From assembly GCA_011391125.1 (NCBI GenBank), contig JAABRE010000004.1, positions 26,921 through 90,920 of the forward strand: a stretch of 64,000 bases of DNA, written 5' to 3'. Below, piece after piece: positions 44,353 to 53,564 of this stretch (positions within the stretch are counted from its first letter, which is position 1; each line of letters begins with the position of its first letter). The stretch is from Synechococcales cyanobacterium S06. GTDB taxonomy: Bacteria; Cyanobacteriota; Cyanobacteriia; Cyanobacteriales; JAABRE01. The notes below the pieces were generated by a model. The model was given only the letters and a program-made list of their open reading frames with translations, searched no databases and was not told the origin of the DNA. Position numbers and translations under genes: made by a program.

Positions 44353-45755
44353 TCCCTCGTCATTGAAAATATATCAAACTGTGTTTCAGAAAAACTGCTA
44401 TTATCTAAGGTGTCAACTAAACACATATTATTAAATAATTCATATTCCCCCATTAGCTGTTGATAAGTGTATTCAATATTAAGATTAGCGATGTAATAGG
44501 GCAATATTGAAACTTCATTGCAATGGATTTCATTGAGATATTTATACTTTAATTGATGACTTGGTAAATATCCTAATAAAGCCGTAATAAAAGTACCAGT
44601 TCCCGTAGCTGGGTCTAGGATTTCAACTCCTCGATCTCCTAACAATTTATTAAAGTGTTTATGTAACAAATAATCGGTACTTTCCACCATGAAATTAACG
44701 ATTTCATTAGAAGTATAAACGATACCGAGGCGATCGGCTGCTAAGGGATTATAAGCTTTGTAAAATTCCTCATAAACCTTCTTTAAAAACTGCTGTTTTT
44801 CATTGTGATCACTCAAATTTGCCGCAGTTCTAATAATCACAGAATAGTAATTATCAATCTTCTTAAATGTATTCTTTTTAAGATTACCTGTAAAAAAAGT
44901 TTCGATGACTTTATGTAACGATTTGGCAATGTTATTTTCCCGGTGAAATTCTCCCTCATTAAAAATATTGATAAATATATCTTCAGTTAAAATATGCTGA
45001 ATGATCATCTCCCGAATATCATCACTATTAATATTAGGATTAATGGATTCTTGACAGAGTTTTAAAAAGGCGTTAAATTCCTGTTTAAATGCGGTTAGGT
45101 GGGCTGTTTCTAAATGATTAGAAACAAGATAATTATCTGGTCCAGAAACTGTAAATTGTTGTTTAAATTCGGGTTGGTGGGCTGTTTCTAAATGATTAGA
45201 AACAAGATAATTATCTGGTCCCGAAACTGCCCACCCTACCAGGGGATTAAGCAGATTTCTCAGGGTATCTAAAATGGTGGGCAAATCTTCCTTAAAAGAG
45301 GCGATCGCTTGTCTAAAATCCTTAACTTCCGGCCGTTGATAATCGAAAAATTGGGTAATAATTTTATGTAATTGGTCTGAATTTTTAACATTTACTCGAC
45401 TAACTTCTTGACCACCTTGGATTAAAATTGCTGTCTCGGAATTTTCAAATAAAATATTATCATTGGGATAACCTTCCTTAAATTTTTTCTCAATTTCCTG
45501 CTCTAAATTATCCTTAATATCTTTACTTTCCCAATATCCCCAATCCAAACCTAAGTCATCTTTAACTATTCCATCCGGTCTTTTTCTACTTTTATCTAAA
45601 GTTAATTCCGCAACTACAGTAAAATTACGACTAGAACAATAATTATTTAACAGATTGAAAAAAGCTATTTTAATAGACTGTTCATTTTTGCTACCACCAC
45701 GTCTAATAAAGTCATCTAATTGTTTATAATACTGATTAATTAATAAATAAGACAT
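44331..45755 (-). CDS. Type IIG/ISP-like enzyme (methyltransferase 3), proximal part with a PD-ExK nuclease-like N-terminus and methyltransferase motif I
   Basis: RPDGIVKD...GYWESKD is PD-ExK-like. YTSNEIVNFMV is also present, and motif I is LDPATGTGTFITALLGY. It ends at a TGA inside a repeat element. Confidence 0.8.
   Translation of the reverse strand: MSYLLINQYYKQLDDFIRRGGSKNEQSIKIAFFNLLNNYCSSRNFTVVAELTLDKSRKRPDGIVKDDLGLDWGYWESKDIKDNLEQEIEKKFKEGYPNDNILFENSETAILIQGGQEVSRVNVKNSDQLHKIITQFFDYQRPEVKDFRQAIASFKEDLPTILDTLRNLLNPLVGWAVSGPDNYLVSNHLETAHQPEFKQQFTVSGPDNYLVSNHLETAHLTAFKQEFNAFLKLCQESINPNINSDDIREMIIQHILTEDIFINIFNEGEFHRENNIAKSLHKVIETFFTGNLKKNTFKKIDNYYSVIIRTAANLSDHNEKQQFLKKVYEEFYKAYNPLAADRLGIVYTSNEIVNFMVESTDYLLHKHFNKLLGDRGVEILDPATGTGTFITALLGYLPSHQLKYKYLNEIHCNEVSILPYYIANLNIEYTYQQLMGEYELFNNMCLVDTLDNSSFSETQFDIFSMTRETPPSPP
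45098..45235. repeat. Tandem (78-bp period) copies of a ~60-bp hairpin element with GGTGGGC(T/A)GTTTC ... GAAACTGCCCACC termini, in frame in methyltransferase 3
   Basis: GGTGGGCTGTTTCTAAATGATTAGAAACAAGATAATTATCTGGTCC starts at 45098 and 45176. The protein shows VSGPDNYLVSNHLETAH twice. Confidence 0.9.
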
Positions 45756-45859
45756 TTTTAGTAAGACAAATAGGTTAACTTGTTTATATTAGCATACTAA
45801 GTTATTTACAAGAATGTTATAATCATTGCTTGTCTTTTATTTTTATTTTTAAAGAAATC

Positions 45860-47203
45860 ATGACGACTAAATCTCGCAATTATCATATTCAAACGTTTGG
45901 CTGTCAGATGAATAAGGCCGATTCTGAACGGATGGCCGGTATTTTAGAAAATATGGGTTTTCAATGGTCTGAAGATCCGAATAATGCTGACCTGATTCTC
46001 TATAATACCTGCACGATTCGGGATTTAGCGGAACAAAAAGTCTATTCCTATTTGGGTCGTCAAGCCAAAAGAAAACAGAAACAACCCGACTTAACTTTAA
46101 TTGTGGCTGGTTGTGTAGCTCAACAGGAAGGGGAGCAGTTGTTACGTCGCGTTCCTGAGTTAGACTTGGTTATGGGTCCTCAATATGCTAATCGTTTGGA
46201 GGACCTTTTGGAGCAGGTTTTTGCGGGGAGTCAAGTTGTTGCGACTGATCCAGTGCAGATTTTTGAGGATATTACCAAACCCCGTCGTGACAGTGAAGTT
46301 ACTGCTTGGGTTAATGTGATTTATGGTTGCAATGAACGTTGTACTTACTGTGTTGTTCCTTCGGTTCGCGGTGTGGAACAATCCCGCACTCCTGACGCGA
46401 TTAAAGCGGAAATGATTGAATTGGGTAAGCAAGGTTATAAGGAAATTACTCTGTTAGGGCAGAATATTGACGCTTACGGCCGTGATTTGCCGGGGGTTAC
46501 AGAAACTGGCCGTCATTTACACACTTTGACGGATTTGCTTTACCATGTCCACGATAGTGAAGGTGTGGAAAGGATTAGGTTTGCGACTTCCCATCCTCGT
46601 TATTTTACCGAAAGATTGATTACAGCTTGTCACGATTTACCCAAGGTTTGTGAACATTTTCATATTCCTTTTCAGTCGGGGGATAATGACATTTTGAAGG
46701 AGATGAAACGGGGTTACACGATTGAAAAATATCGCAGTATTATTGACAAAATTCGTAATTGTATGCCGGATGCTTCTATTACTGCCGATGCGATCGTTGG
46801 TTTTCCGGGCGAAACTGAGGCCCAGTTTGAAAATACTTTAAAAGTAGTCGAAGATATTGGTTTTGACCTCTTGAATACTGCGGCTTATTCCCCTCGTCCT
46901 GGTACTCCTGCCTCCGTCTGGGATAATCAATTGAGTGAGGAAGTCAAGGGCGATCGCCTACAAAGATTAAATCATCTGGTTTCCCAGAAAGCCATGGAAC
47001 GCTCCCAACGTTATTTAGGCCGTGTTGAGGAGGTGTTAGTGGAGCAGGTTAATGGTAAAGATACCACCCAAGTTATGGGAAGAACAAATGGCAATCGGTT
47101 AACATTTTTTGCCGGTGATATTGACAATTTAAAAGGAAAAATAGTCAAGGTAAAAATTAATGAGATTCGGGCCTTTAGTTTAACAGGGGAAATGGTTAAT
47201 TAA
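45860..47203 (+). CDS. miaB: tRNA-2-methylthio-N6-dimethylallyladenosine synthase (radical SAM methylthiotransferase)
   Basis: [16 protein letters not shown], the radical SAM motif [13 protein letters not shown], and a C-terminal TRAM-like domain. I prefer the ATG at 45860. Confidence 0.9.
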   Translation: MTTKSRNYHIQTFGCQMNKADSERMAGILENMGFQWSEDPNNADLILYNTCTIRDLAEQKVYSYLGRQAKRKQKQPDLTLIVAGCVAQQEGEQLLRRVPELDLVMGPQYANRLEDLLEQVFAGSQVVATDPVQIFEDITKPRRDSEVTAWVNVIYGCNERCTYCVVPSVRGVEQSRTPDAIKAEMIELGKQGYKEITLLGQNIDAYGRDLPGVTETGRHLHTLTDLLYHVHDSEGVERIRFATSHPRYFTERLITACHDLPKVCEHFHIPFQSGDNDILKEMKRGYTIEKYRSIIDKIRNCMPDASITADAIVGFPGETEAQFENTLKVVEDIGFDLLNTAAYSPRPGTPASVWDNQLSEEVKGDRLQRLNHLVSQKAMERSQRYLGRVEEVLVEQVNGKDTTQVMGRTNGNRLTFFAGDIDNLKGKIVKVKINEIRAFSLTGEMVN

Positions 47204-47215
47204 TAGTTATTCCCA

Positions 47216-47254
47216 GGGGGTTAATTAATAAATTAACCCCCTATTTTTTATTTT
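47216..47254 (+). terminator. Rho-independent terminator candidate downstream of miaB
   Basis: GGGGGTTAATTAATAAATTAACCCCC stem-loop followed by TATTTTTTATTTT. It overlaps the 3' end of the convergent acyltransferase gene. Confidence 0.6.
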
Positions 47255-48291
47255 AACCATTGATTAACTACTGGTTGTAATTTGATTTCAGTTAGATAGG
47301 ATAACCCGATAATTAAAAATAATTTAACAAAAAGAGCTAAAAAATCTGGCAAATAATTGCTTAAATTTAATTGCATTAATATGGGATAATGAAAAATATA
47401 AAGTCCATAAGAAATAGGAGCAATCAAAGCAAAAAAATCCGTAAATTTGTCAAAAAATGAGATTTTAATATTTATTTGAGTGTAAATAAGACCGATGATT
47501 ACATATAATAAACTAACAAAAAAGTGCCTAAATACTAGGAAAGGATAGTAGCCAAATTTCAGTTCATTTGCAGATAAAACAGGAATAAACATTAAAGTTG
47601 ACATAAACAAAAGACAAAAGATCAAATGTTTAGTATTGTTAAAGGTAAATTTTTCTTGAGTAAGAAATATTTTCCCTAATTCCACACCACACCACCAGAT
47701 GACATAATAAGAACAAATCAGAGCAATTTGATTGGGATAGCTTAAATATATTAAGCCATTAAGACCTGAAAAAGCGGTGATTATATAAACTGAATACTTA
47801 TGATTTAATAACAGTTTATAACAAGGAAAAAACATAATATAAAACCACCATTCATAAGATAAACTCCATAAAGGATAATTTTTCAGAAAAGTATTAAACC
47901 AAGTTCCTGGTTTAAATTGAGCTAAATCTTGCAACATGAAAATATTACCAAAAATTTCACGAACCGAGAAATTATCTGCTAAATTTCCATTATAACAAAA
48001 AACCAATATTGAAATAATTAGAGCAAGAGAAAAAGGAAAATAAATTCTTCTAAATCTTTTGATAAAGTAAGGTTTAAAAGTTAGATTTTCTGTGTTTTTA
48101 ACCGACCAATATATAACAAAACCACTCAGAATAAAAAACAACATTACGGCTTCTTGACCAAAGGAAAAGAAGATTTTTTTTATACTTTCGGGAATAAATT
48201 TTAGGGGAGTTATCCAATGATAGAAAACAACGTAAAAGGCTGCAAATCCTCTGATAATATCAAGATTTTTTAAATGATTTGTTTCTGTCAT
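47248..48291 (-). CDS. Acyltransferase family 3 membrane protein (O-acyltransferase)
   Basis: NLDIIRGFAAFYVVFYHW N-terminal motif and about 10 hydrophobic segments. Confidence 0.75.
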   Translation of the reverse strand: MTETNHLKNLDIIRGFAAFYVVFYHWITPLKFIPESIKKIFFSFGQEAVMLFFILSGFVIYWSVKNTENLTFKPYFIKRFRRIYFPFSLALIISILVFCYNGNLADNFSVREIFGNIFMLQDLAQFKPGTWFNTFLKNYPLWSLSYEWWFYIMFFPCYKLLLNHKYSVYIITAFSGLNGLIYLSYPNQIALICSYYVIWWCGVELGKIFLTQEKFTFNNTKHLIFCLLFMSTLMFIPVLSANELKFGYYPFLVFRHFFVSLLYVIIGLIYTQINIKISFFDKFTDFFALIAPISYGLYIFHYPILMQLNLSNYLPDFLALFVKLFLIIGLSYLTEIKLQPVVNQWLK

Positions 48292-48425
48292 AATAGGAAA
48301 TTTCGATTAAAATAGGTTATTATAAACCATTTTTATGGATAAAATATAGAGGAATTTTTAGATTTTTTTATTGAGGAGCGATCTCCCCTTAATTTCATCA
48401 AGTACGATCGCCCTTAATGTTACAG

Positions 48426-49208
48426 TTATAGCTCAGAATCCGGCAAATTAAGGCCCGATTCCTGTAATAATTGTCGCAATTTAACCAATTCTAACTCAGC
48501 ATTATCAGCGCGTTGGCGTTCTTGTTCAGTACGTTGTTTTTCCTGCTGAATTAGTTCAGAACCCCAATAAAGCAACTTTCCTTGTTGATCCCACCATCTT
48601 AACCAAGAGGCGTTCTGGCCAAGTCGTTGACCTTGCCAAACCCCGAGGTATAAATGGAGACATTCAAAGTAAAATCGGCCGTTTTCGTCTAAGGGTTGGA
48701 TTTGGTAATTTCCCTCGGAATTTAACTGACGAACTTCCAAAAAGCCATAATTCGGCTCAAAAATGACATAAATTGGTACTTGCAGAATTTTCTCATAAAA
48801 CCACATTTTTCCAAATGGAGGGTGTGGTCTAACGGAATATTCACCTCCGTCGGTGTCGGATAAAAATTCCATCACCACGGCGGGAATTTCTCCTTCCCGG
48901 TGAGGAGTGTAACTGCGACGAATTGTACCGATGTCGGTGGGTGTAACATTTGATACCAAGTACCAATCAGGAGCTTTGACTACGGTTTTCCCATCAATAT
49001 TGCTGCTTAAGGCTATATTAGTAGCAATCATCATGGTAGCTGTGATTAATCCAGCTAAATCTAAAGCTTCGGTTAAAGCAGCGGCCAACAACGGTTGAAT
49101 TATACTTTCCACAGGATCATCTGGTAAAATAAAATCTTCAGGTAGCAATTCCCAAACAACATGGGGTTGAGAAGGAGGGGACATTTTTCGTTCTTGAAAT
49201 TGAACCAT
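48426..49208 (-). CDS. Uma2-family (DUF820) PD-(D/E)xK endonuclease-like protein with a C-terminal coiled coil
   Basis: APDWYLV...VVMEFLSD core, LRWWDQQGKLL, then a charged coiled coil (EKQRTEQERQRADNAELE). Confidence 0.75.
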   Translation of the reverse strand: MVQFQERKMSPPSQPHVVWELLPEDFILPDDPVESIIQPLLAAALTEALDLAGLITATMMIATNIALSSNIDGKTVVKAPDWYLVSNVTPTDIGTIRRSYTPHREGEIPAVVMEFLSDTDGGEYSVRPHPPFGKMWFYEKILQVPIYVIFEPNYGFLEVRQLNSEGNYQIQPLDENGRFYFECLHLYLGVWQGQRLGQNASWLRWWDQQGKLLYWGSELIQQEKQRTEQERQRADNAELELVKLRQLLQESGLNLPDSEL

Positions 49209-49305
49209 ATTTAATTAGGAGAATTAATTTTATTTCTCATTAATTATTATCGTGACAAGTATGGTAACAAATGTAGTGGTAATTTATGAATTACCACTAC
49301 ATTTG

Positions 49306-50103
49306 TTACTTGAATATTCCTTGTTCTTGTAATACTTGATTAACCCAATCTTTATTTTCTTGAGATAAAGAAGGAATTAAATCTTGAGCATAATCTATTC
49401 TATAATCAAAGCCAGCGCGCTCATAAATTTCATTTATTAATTCTCCTAAATCTAACCAAGGTTCTTGATCTTCTGGTAGTAAAGGAACAGGAAAAATAGG
49501 TAAAGAATCTTGGAGATTAAAAGCGTATAGATCAGCTTGAGGACGACAATATTGACGACTAATTAATATTTGATAATCTGTCTTTAAATTCTCAGTTAGA
49601 ATGGTCATTTGTTGCCATCCTCGTAGCAAATCAATTTCCACTAAGTTAGTTAAACTTGCTAAAATATTTTGACGTTTTTTCAGATACTTTTCTCTTCCCT
49701 CACCTAAACGTTTATTAACTGGAGACAAGATTTCAATGGCCGTTACCACTTGACGATTTGCGATTTCTCTTACTTCTAAATAATTTTGTTTAATTTTTGT
49801 TGGTACGGGTATATTAACAGTAATAGGTTGAGTTTTTGGCGGAGCAATTGCTACTGAAGAAGTCTGATAATTACTAATTTTGGCTTGACCTTTAACCGTA
49901 ACATCGGGAATTCCTACTAAGAAAAAATTGTCTTCATTACTAATATTAATTTCATAAATTCTTTGCTCGATCGCCACTTCATATTTAGGACGAATATGAG
50001 GCATTAAAAAATCGGCTATAGCAACAATTAAACGGCTATGAACTTCGGCCCAAAATGTGGGCAATTCTAAATAAGGATTCATTCCTGGAAATGGTGAAGG
50101 CAT
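49306..50103 (-). CDS. DUF4058 family protein
   Basis: MPSPFPGMNPYLE...WAEVHSRLI N-terminus, which I remember as typical of DUF4058. Confidence 0.65.
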   Translation of the reverse strand: MPSPFPGMNPYLELPTFWAEVHSRLIVAIADFLMPHIRPKYEVAIEQRIYEINISNEDNFFLVGIPDVTVKGQAKISNYQTSSVAIAPPKTQPITVNIPVPTKIKQNYLEVREIANRQVVTAIEILSPVNKRLGEGREKYLKKRQNILASLTNLVEIDLLRGWQQMTILTENLKTDYQILISRQYCRPQADLYAFNLQDSLPIFPVPLLPEDQEPWLDLGELINEIYERAGFDYRIDYAQDLIPSLSQENKDWVNQVLQEQGIFK

Positions 50104-50195
50104 AATTTAATCTTTAAATAAGATAATTGGTAATATTATAGCATTTTTATAAAAATTAGTTATAATAACAATACTAAATTGAATTTGGTTTAATT

Positions 50196-51077
50196 ATGAC
50201 TACAGAAATACTCAGCAAAAATCAGTCTATTCCGGGAAATTTTTGGCAATGGAAAGGCCATAATATTTATTATGTAAAAGCGGGGAATAATCACCCGACT
50301 AAACCACCTTTATTATTAATACATGGTTTTGGAGCTTCCACGGATCATTGGCGCAAAAATATTGCTCAATTACAGGATACTTTTGAGGTTTGGGCGATCG
50401 ATTTATTAGGATTTGGTAGATCTGCTAAACCAAATATACCCTATAGTGGCGATTTATGGCAGGAACAATTAGCGGATTTTATCACAGAAGTGATCGGGAA
50501 ACCGACAGTTTTAGCGGGAAATTCTTTAGGTGGTTATGCTAGTTTATGTGTGGGTGCAAAACATCATAATTTAGTCGCTGGGTTAATTTTATTAAATAGT
50601 GCTGGTCCTTTTTCCGACCAGAAAACTGTTAAACCAAGTCTAATTGGTAAGGTGACAAAAGCGATTTTATTACAACCTTGGGCCAGTTATTTATTATTCC
50701 AATATACCCGCAGAAAATCGGTTATTAGAAAGACTTTAGAAAAGGTTTATTTAGATAAAAATGCAGTTACTGACCAGTTAGTTGAAGATATTTATCGGCC
50801 TTCCTGTGACCAAGGAGCAGCGGAAGTTTTTGCTTCGGTTTTTAAGACACCCCAAGGAGAAAAAATAGACATTCTTTTAAACCAGTTAAAATGTCCTTTA
50901 TTAATGTTATGGGGTGAAGGTGATCCGTGGATAAATGCGCGGGAAAAAGGGCAAAAATTCCGCCAATATTATCCCAATTTAACCGAATTTTACCTAAAAG
51001 CTGGTCATTGTCCCCACGATGAAATCCCCACCGAAGTTAACAATTTAATTAGTGATTGGGTGTTAACAATTAAGTAA
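50196..51077 (+). CDS. Alpha/beta-fold hydrolase
   Basis: LLLIHGFGAS, nucleophile elbow GNSLGG, and C-terminal GHCPHDE. Confidence 0.8.
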   Translation: MTTEILSKNQSIPGNFWQWKGHNIYYVKAGNNHPTKPPLLLIHGFGASTDHWRKNIAQLQDTFEVWAIDLLGFGRSAKPNIPYSGDLWQEQLADFITEVIGKPTVLAGNSLGGYASLCVGAKHHNLVAGLILLNSAGPFSDQKTVKPSLIGKVTKAILLQPWASYLLFQYTRRKSVIRKTLEKVYLDKNAVTDQLVEDIYRPSCDQGAAEVFASVFKTPQGEKIDILLNQLKCPLLMLWGEGDPWINAREKGQKFRQYYPNLTEFYLKAGHCPHDEIPTEVNNLISDWVLTIK

Positions 51078-51135
51078 GTTTATTGTTGCGTTTCCGCCGT
51101 ATTGCTTGTTTTAAACAACCATAATTTGTCATTAT

Positions 51136-52764
51136 TTACCAACTAACTTTACCTTGTAATTTTTCGATTAATTTAGGTCCGATTCCTGATACTCTTTTGT
51201 CCAAGTCTTCTAAAGAAGTGAAAGATTGTTCTTGACGAGCTTTGATTATCTTATCTGCTAAACTTGGACCAATATTGGGTAAACTTTCTAATTCGGTTTT
51301 TGTTGCTAAATTAAGATTAATTATTTTTGAGCTATTTCTGTTAGTTATTCTGTTATTTGTAGCGATACATTTAACTTTATCTCCTGCTATTTTTTTCTGG
51401 ATTGATGTTGGTATTCCTAAAATTGCATTACTAAATAAATTCTCAAATTCTCGATGATAATGGGCAGCAATAATTTGGTTTTCAATAACTAATAAAGTTT
51501 CATCATTGAGATAATTTGCAGCATCTGACCAATTATGTGAACCAGTAATCACGGTTTCGTCGTCGATTACTCCGAATTTGTGATGCAATAAATCTCCTTC
51601 TGGTAAGTTAGGAATACCAACATTTTGTATCGGTTTTTCCCACGGTTTATTATTCTTTTCATAGTTACATTTATTACTAAGTGCAACTCCTAACATATCT
51701 AATCCTTCACTATAATAACGATAAGCAAAACTAGGGTCAATTAATGTTCTAATTTCTGTTCCTAAATCATGACGTTTTTCTAGGGTATTTACTAATGTTT
51801 GTTCTGTGAATACAAATAAGGCTAAATCCACTGATTTATTCGCTTTATTTAAGTTTGTATTTATTAATCCATTACTGGTAAAGATTAAAGGAGTATCTTT
51901 TTTAAAGGGTGAAAATTGGACGGTAATTTTAGTTTTTTCTAAGGTCATTGTAACAGGTTCTCTTAAAGGTTTTTTATCACTAAATAAACTATCTGGTTTA
52001 TTTTCCGGTCCATCTCCCCACATTAAATTAAATTCTTCACTAAATATTTGGGCAATTTGGGGACTATTAATTCTCAATAAATTATTCGCATTTCCGCGAC
52101 TTTCTGGAGCTAATAAATCTCCATGAATATCACTGGTAGTAAAATTGGGTGAACCAGTTAACACCATTTTATTATCAATTATCATGAATTTATGGTGCAT
52201 TAAACCACTACCTTTTGAACCATCGGCGGTATCATCAATTAAGGGAATTTTGGCATTTCTTAACATAATTATTGCGTCTCTTTGATTGGTTTCTGTTTCG
52301 CTAATTTTGCCATCATTATTAACATCTAATAATGCTTTTAATTCTTGATAACGGGTTTGAGTTCGATCGCTTTTTTCTCCATAATTCTGATTAGTTAATT
52401 CCCCATAAGAACTATTATATTGATTCTCTAAAATTATCCTAACTTGAAGCCCTTTTTGTTGTTGTTCAATTAAAGCTTTAGCTACATTAGGCAATCTCAA
52501 TTCTTGGACTGCAACATCAATAGTTTTGTGAGCGGAATAAATAGCATCAATTAAAATTTGTTCGAGATTATCTCCAGGCCTTTTTATGTTACGATAGGGG
52601 TCAGTATAGTCAGCATTTTTAGCTAAATTATGGTTAAAATATACTTGAATCTGATCATCTTGTTTCAGAGGTTTGAATCTTTTTAAATTAGGTGTATTAT
52701 TGGCACAAGAAGTTAAAAATAAGACAAAAACAAGGGAAAAAATAGATAAAGGTAGTGATTTCAT
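51136..52764 (-). CDS. Lipoprotein with two PLD/HKD motifs (Nuc-like), an EF-hand-like loop and a C-terminal ComEA-type helix-hairpin-helix DNA-binding domain
   Basis: Lipobox FLTSC. HKD motifs: HHKFMIIDNKMVLTGSPNFT and HHKFGVIDDETVITGSHNWS. EF-hand-like loop: DVNNDGKISETE. C-terminus: INLNLATKTELESLPNIGPSLADKII. Confidence 0.8.
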   Translation of the reverse strand: MKSLPLSIFSLVFVLFLTSCANNTPNLKRFKPLKQDDQIQVYFNHNLAKNADYTDPYRNIKRPGDNLEQILIDAIYSAHKTIDVAVQELRLPNVAKALIEQQQKGLQVRIILENQYNSSYGELTNQNYGEKSDRTQTRYQELKALLDVNNDGKISETETNQRDAIIMLRNAKIPLIDDTADGSKGSGLMHHKFMIIDNKMVLTGSPNFTTSDIHGDLLAPESRGNANNLLRINSPQIAQIFSEEFNLMWGDGPENKPDSLFSDKKPLREPVTMTLEKTKITVQFSPFKKDTPLIFTSNGLINTNLNKANKSVDLALFVFTEQTLVNTLEKRHDLGTEIRTLIDPSFAYRYYSEGLDMLGVALSNKCNYEKNNKPWEKPIQNVGIPNLPEGDLLHHKFGVIDDETVITGSHNWSDAANYLNDETLLVIENQIIAAHYHREFENLFSNAILGIPTSIQKKIAGDKVKCIATNNRITNRNSSKIINLNLATKTELESLPNIGPSLADKIIKARQEQSFTSLEDLDKRVSGIGPKLIEKLQGKVSW

Positions 52765-53464
52765 GGCACAATTACAAGCATTAATTTTTGATGTGGATGG
52801 GACTTTAGCTGAAACCGAAAAAGATGGTCACAGAATTGCTTTTAATCAAGCTTTTAAACAAGCTAATTTAAGTTGGGAATGGGATGTAAATTTATACGGA
52901 AAACTATTAAAAGTTGCCGGAGGAAAAGAGCGGATTAAATATTACTTAGATAATTTCATTGATTTTACACCTCCTGATCATTTAGATCAATTGATCCCTC
53001 GTTTACACTCGATTAAAAATCAATTCTATCAAAATTTATTAGTCAATGCAACTATTCCCTTACGGCCAGGGGTAGAAAATTTAATTATTGAAGCACATAA
53101 CCAAGGAATCCGACTGGCGATCGCCACGACCAGCGCTTTAGCCAACGCCATGGCATTATTAGACAATACTTTGGTTTCGTCTTATTTTGAAATAATAGCA
53201 GCAGGGGACATAGTAGAGAAGAAAAAACCTGCGCCAGACATTTATAATTATGTAATAGAAAAAATGGATTTAGCGGCGGAAAATTGTTTAGTAATAGAAG
53301 ACTCAGAACAGGGTTGTAGAGCGGCAACCAGGGCTGGTTTACCAACAATAATTACCGTAAATGATTACACCAAAAATGACAATTTTGAAAGTGCTTTATT
53401 AGTATTAAATAGTTTAGAAAAGATTGGTTTAGAAGAGTTAAAAAAAGTCTGTAGGGTGGGTTAA
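52763..53464 (+). CDS. cbbY: HAD-superfamily phosphatase, CbbY-like
   Basis: ALIFDVDGTLAETEKDGHRIAFNQAF...GGKERIKYYL closely matches the CbbY N-terminus as I remember it. The ATG at 52763 overlaps the divergent PLD gene's start codon. Confidence 0.8.
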   Translation: MAQLQALIFDVDGTLAETEKDGHRIAFNQAFKQANLSWEWDVNLYGKLLKVAGGKERIKYYLDNFIDFTPPDHLDQLIPRLHSIKNQFYQNLLVNATIPLRPGVENLIIEAHNQGIRLAIATTSALANAMALLDNTLVSSYFEIIAAGDIVEKKKPAPDIYNYVIEKMDLAAENCLVIEDSEQGCRAATRAGLPTIITVNDYTKNDNFESALLVLNSLEKIGLEELKKVCRVG

Positions 53465-53512
53465 TGACAAATGTAACGCACCCTACCATAACCTTGCGTG
53501 TTTCTTTGCGGA

Positions 53513-53555
53513 GCCCCCCCTTTTTTAAGGGGGGGGAAGGGGGGGTGCGTGAGAT
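53513..53555. repeat. Type C G/C-homopolymer hairpin between the convergent cbbY and trpE genes
   Basis: GAGCCCCCCCCTTTTTTAAGGGGGGGGAAGGGGGGGTGCGTGAG. Confidence 0.85.
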
Positions 53556-53564
53556 AAAACACAA

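Noticed and set aside
52673-52762. Upstream TTG extension of cbbY (MNLFKLGVLLAQE...)
   Set aside because: The extension is antisense to the signal-peptide region of the PLD lipoprotein gene. CbbY homologues begin right at the DVDGT motif region, so the ATG at 52763 fits.
53352-53564. 70-aa minus-strand ORF spanning the cbbY 3' end and the G/C hairpin
   Set aside because: It overlaps the well-supported cbbY CDS in antisense. Its N-terminus (TPPSPPLKKGG) is merely the translated type C repeat.
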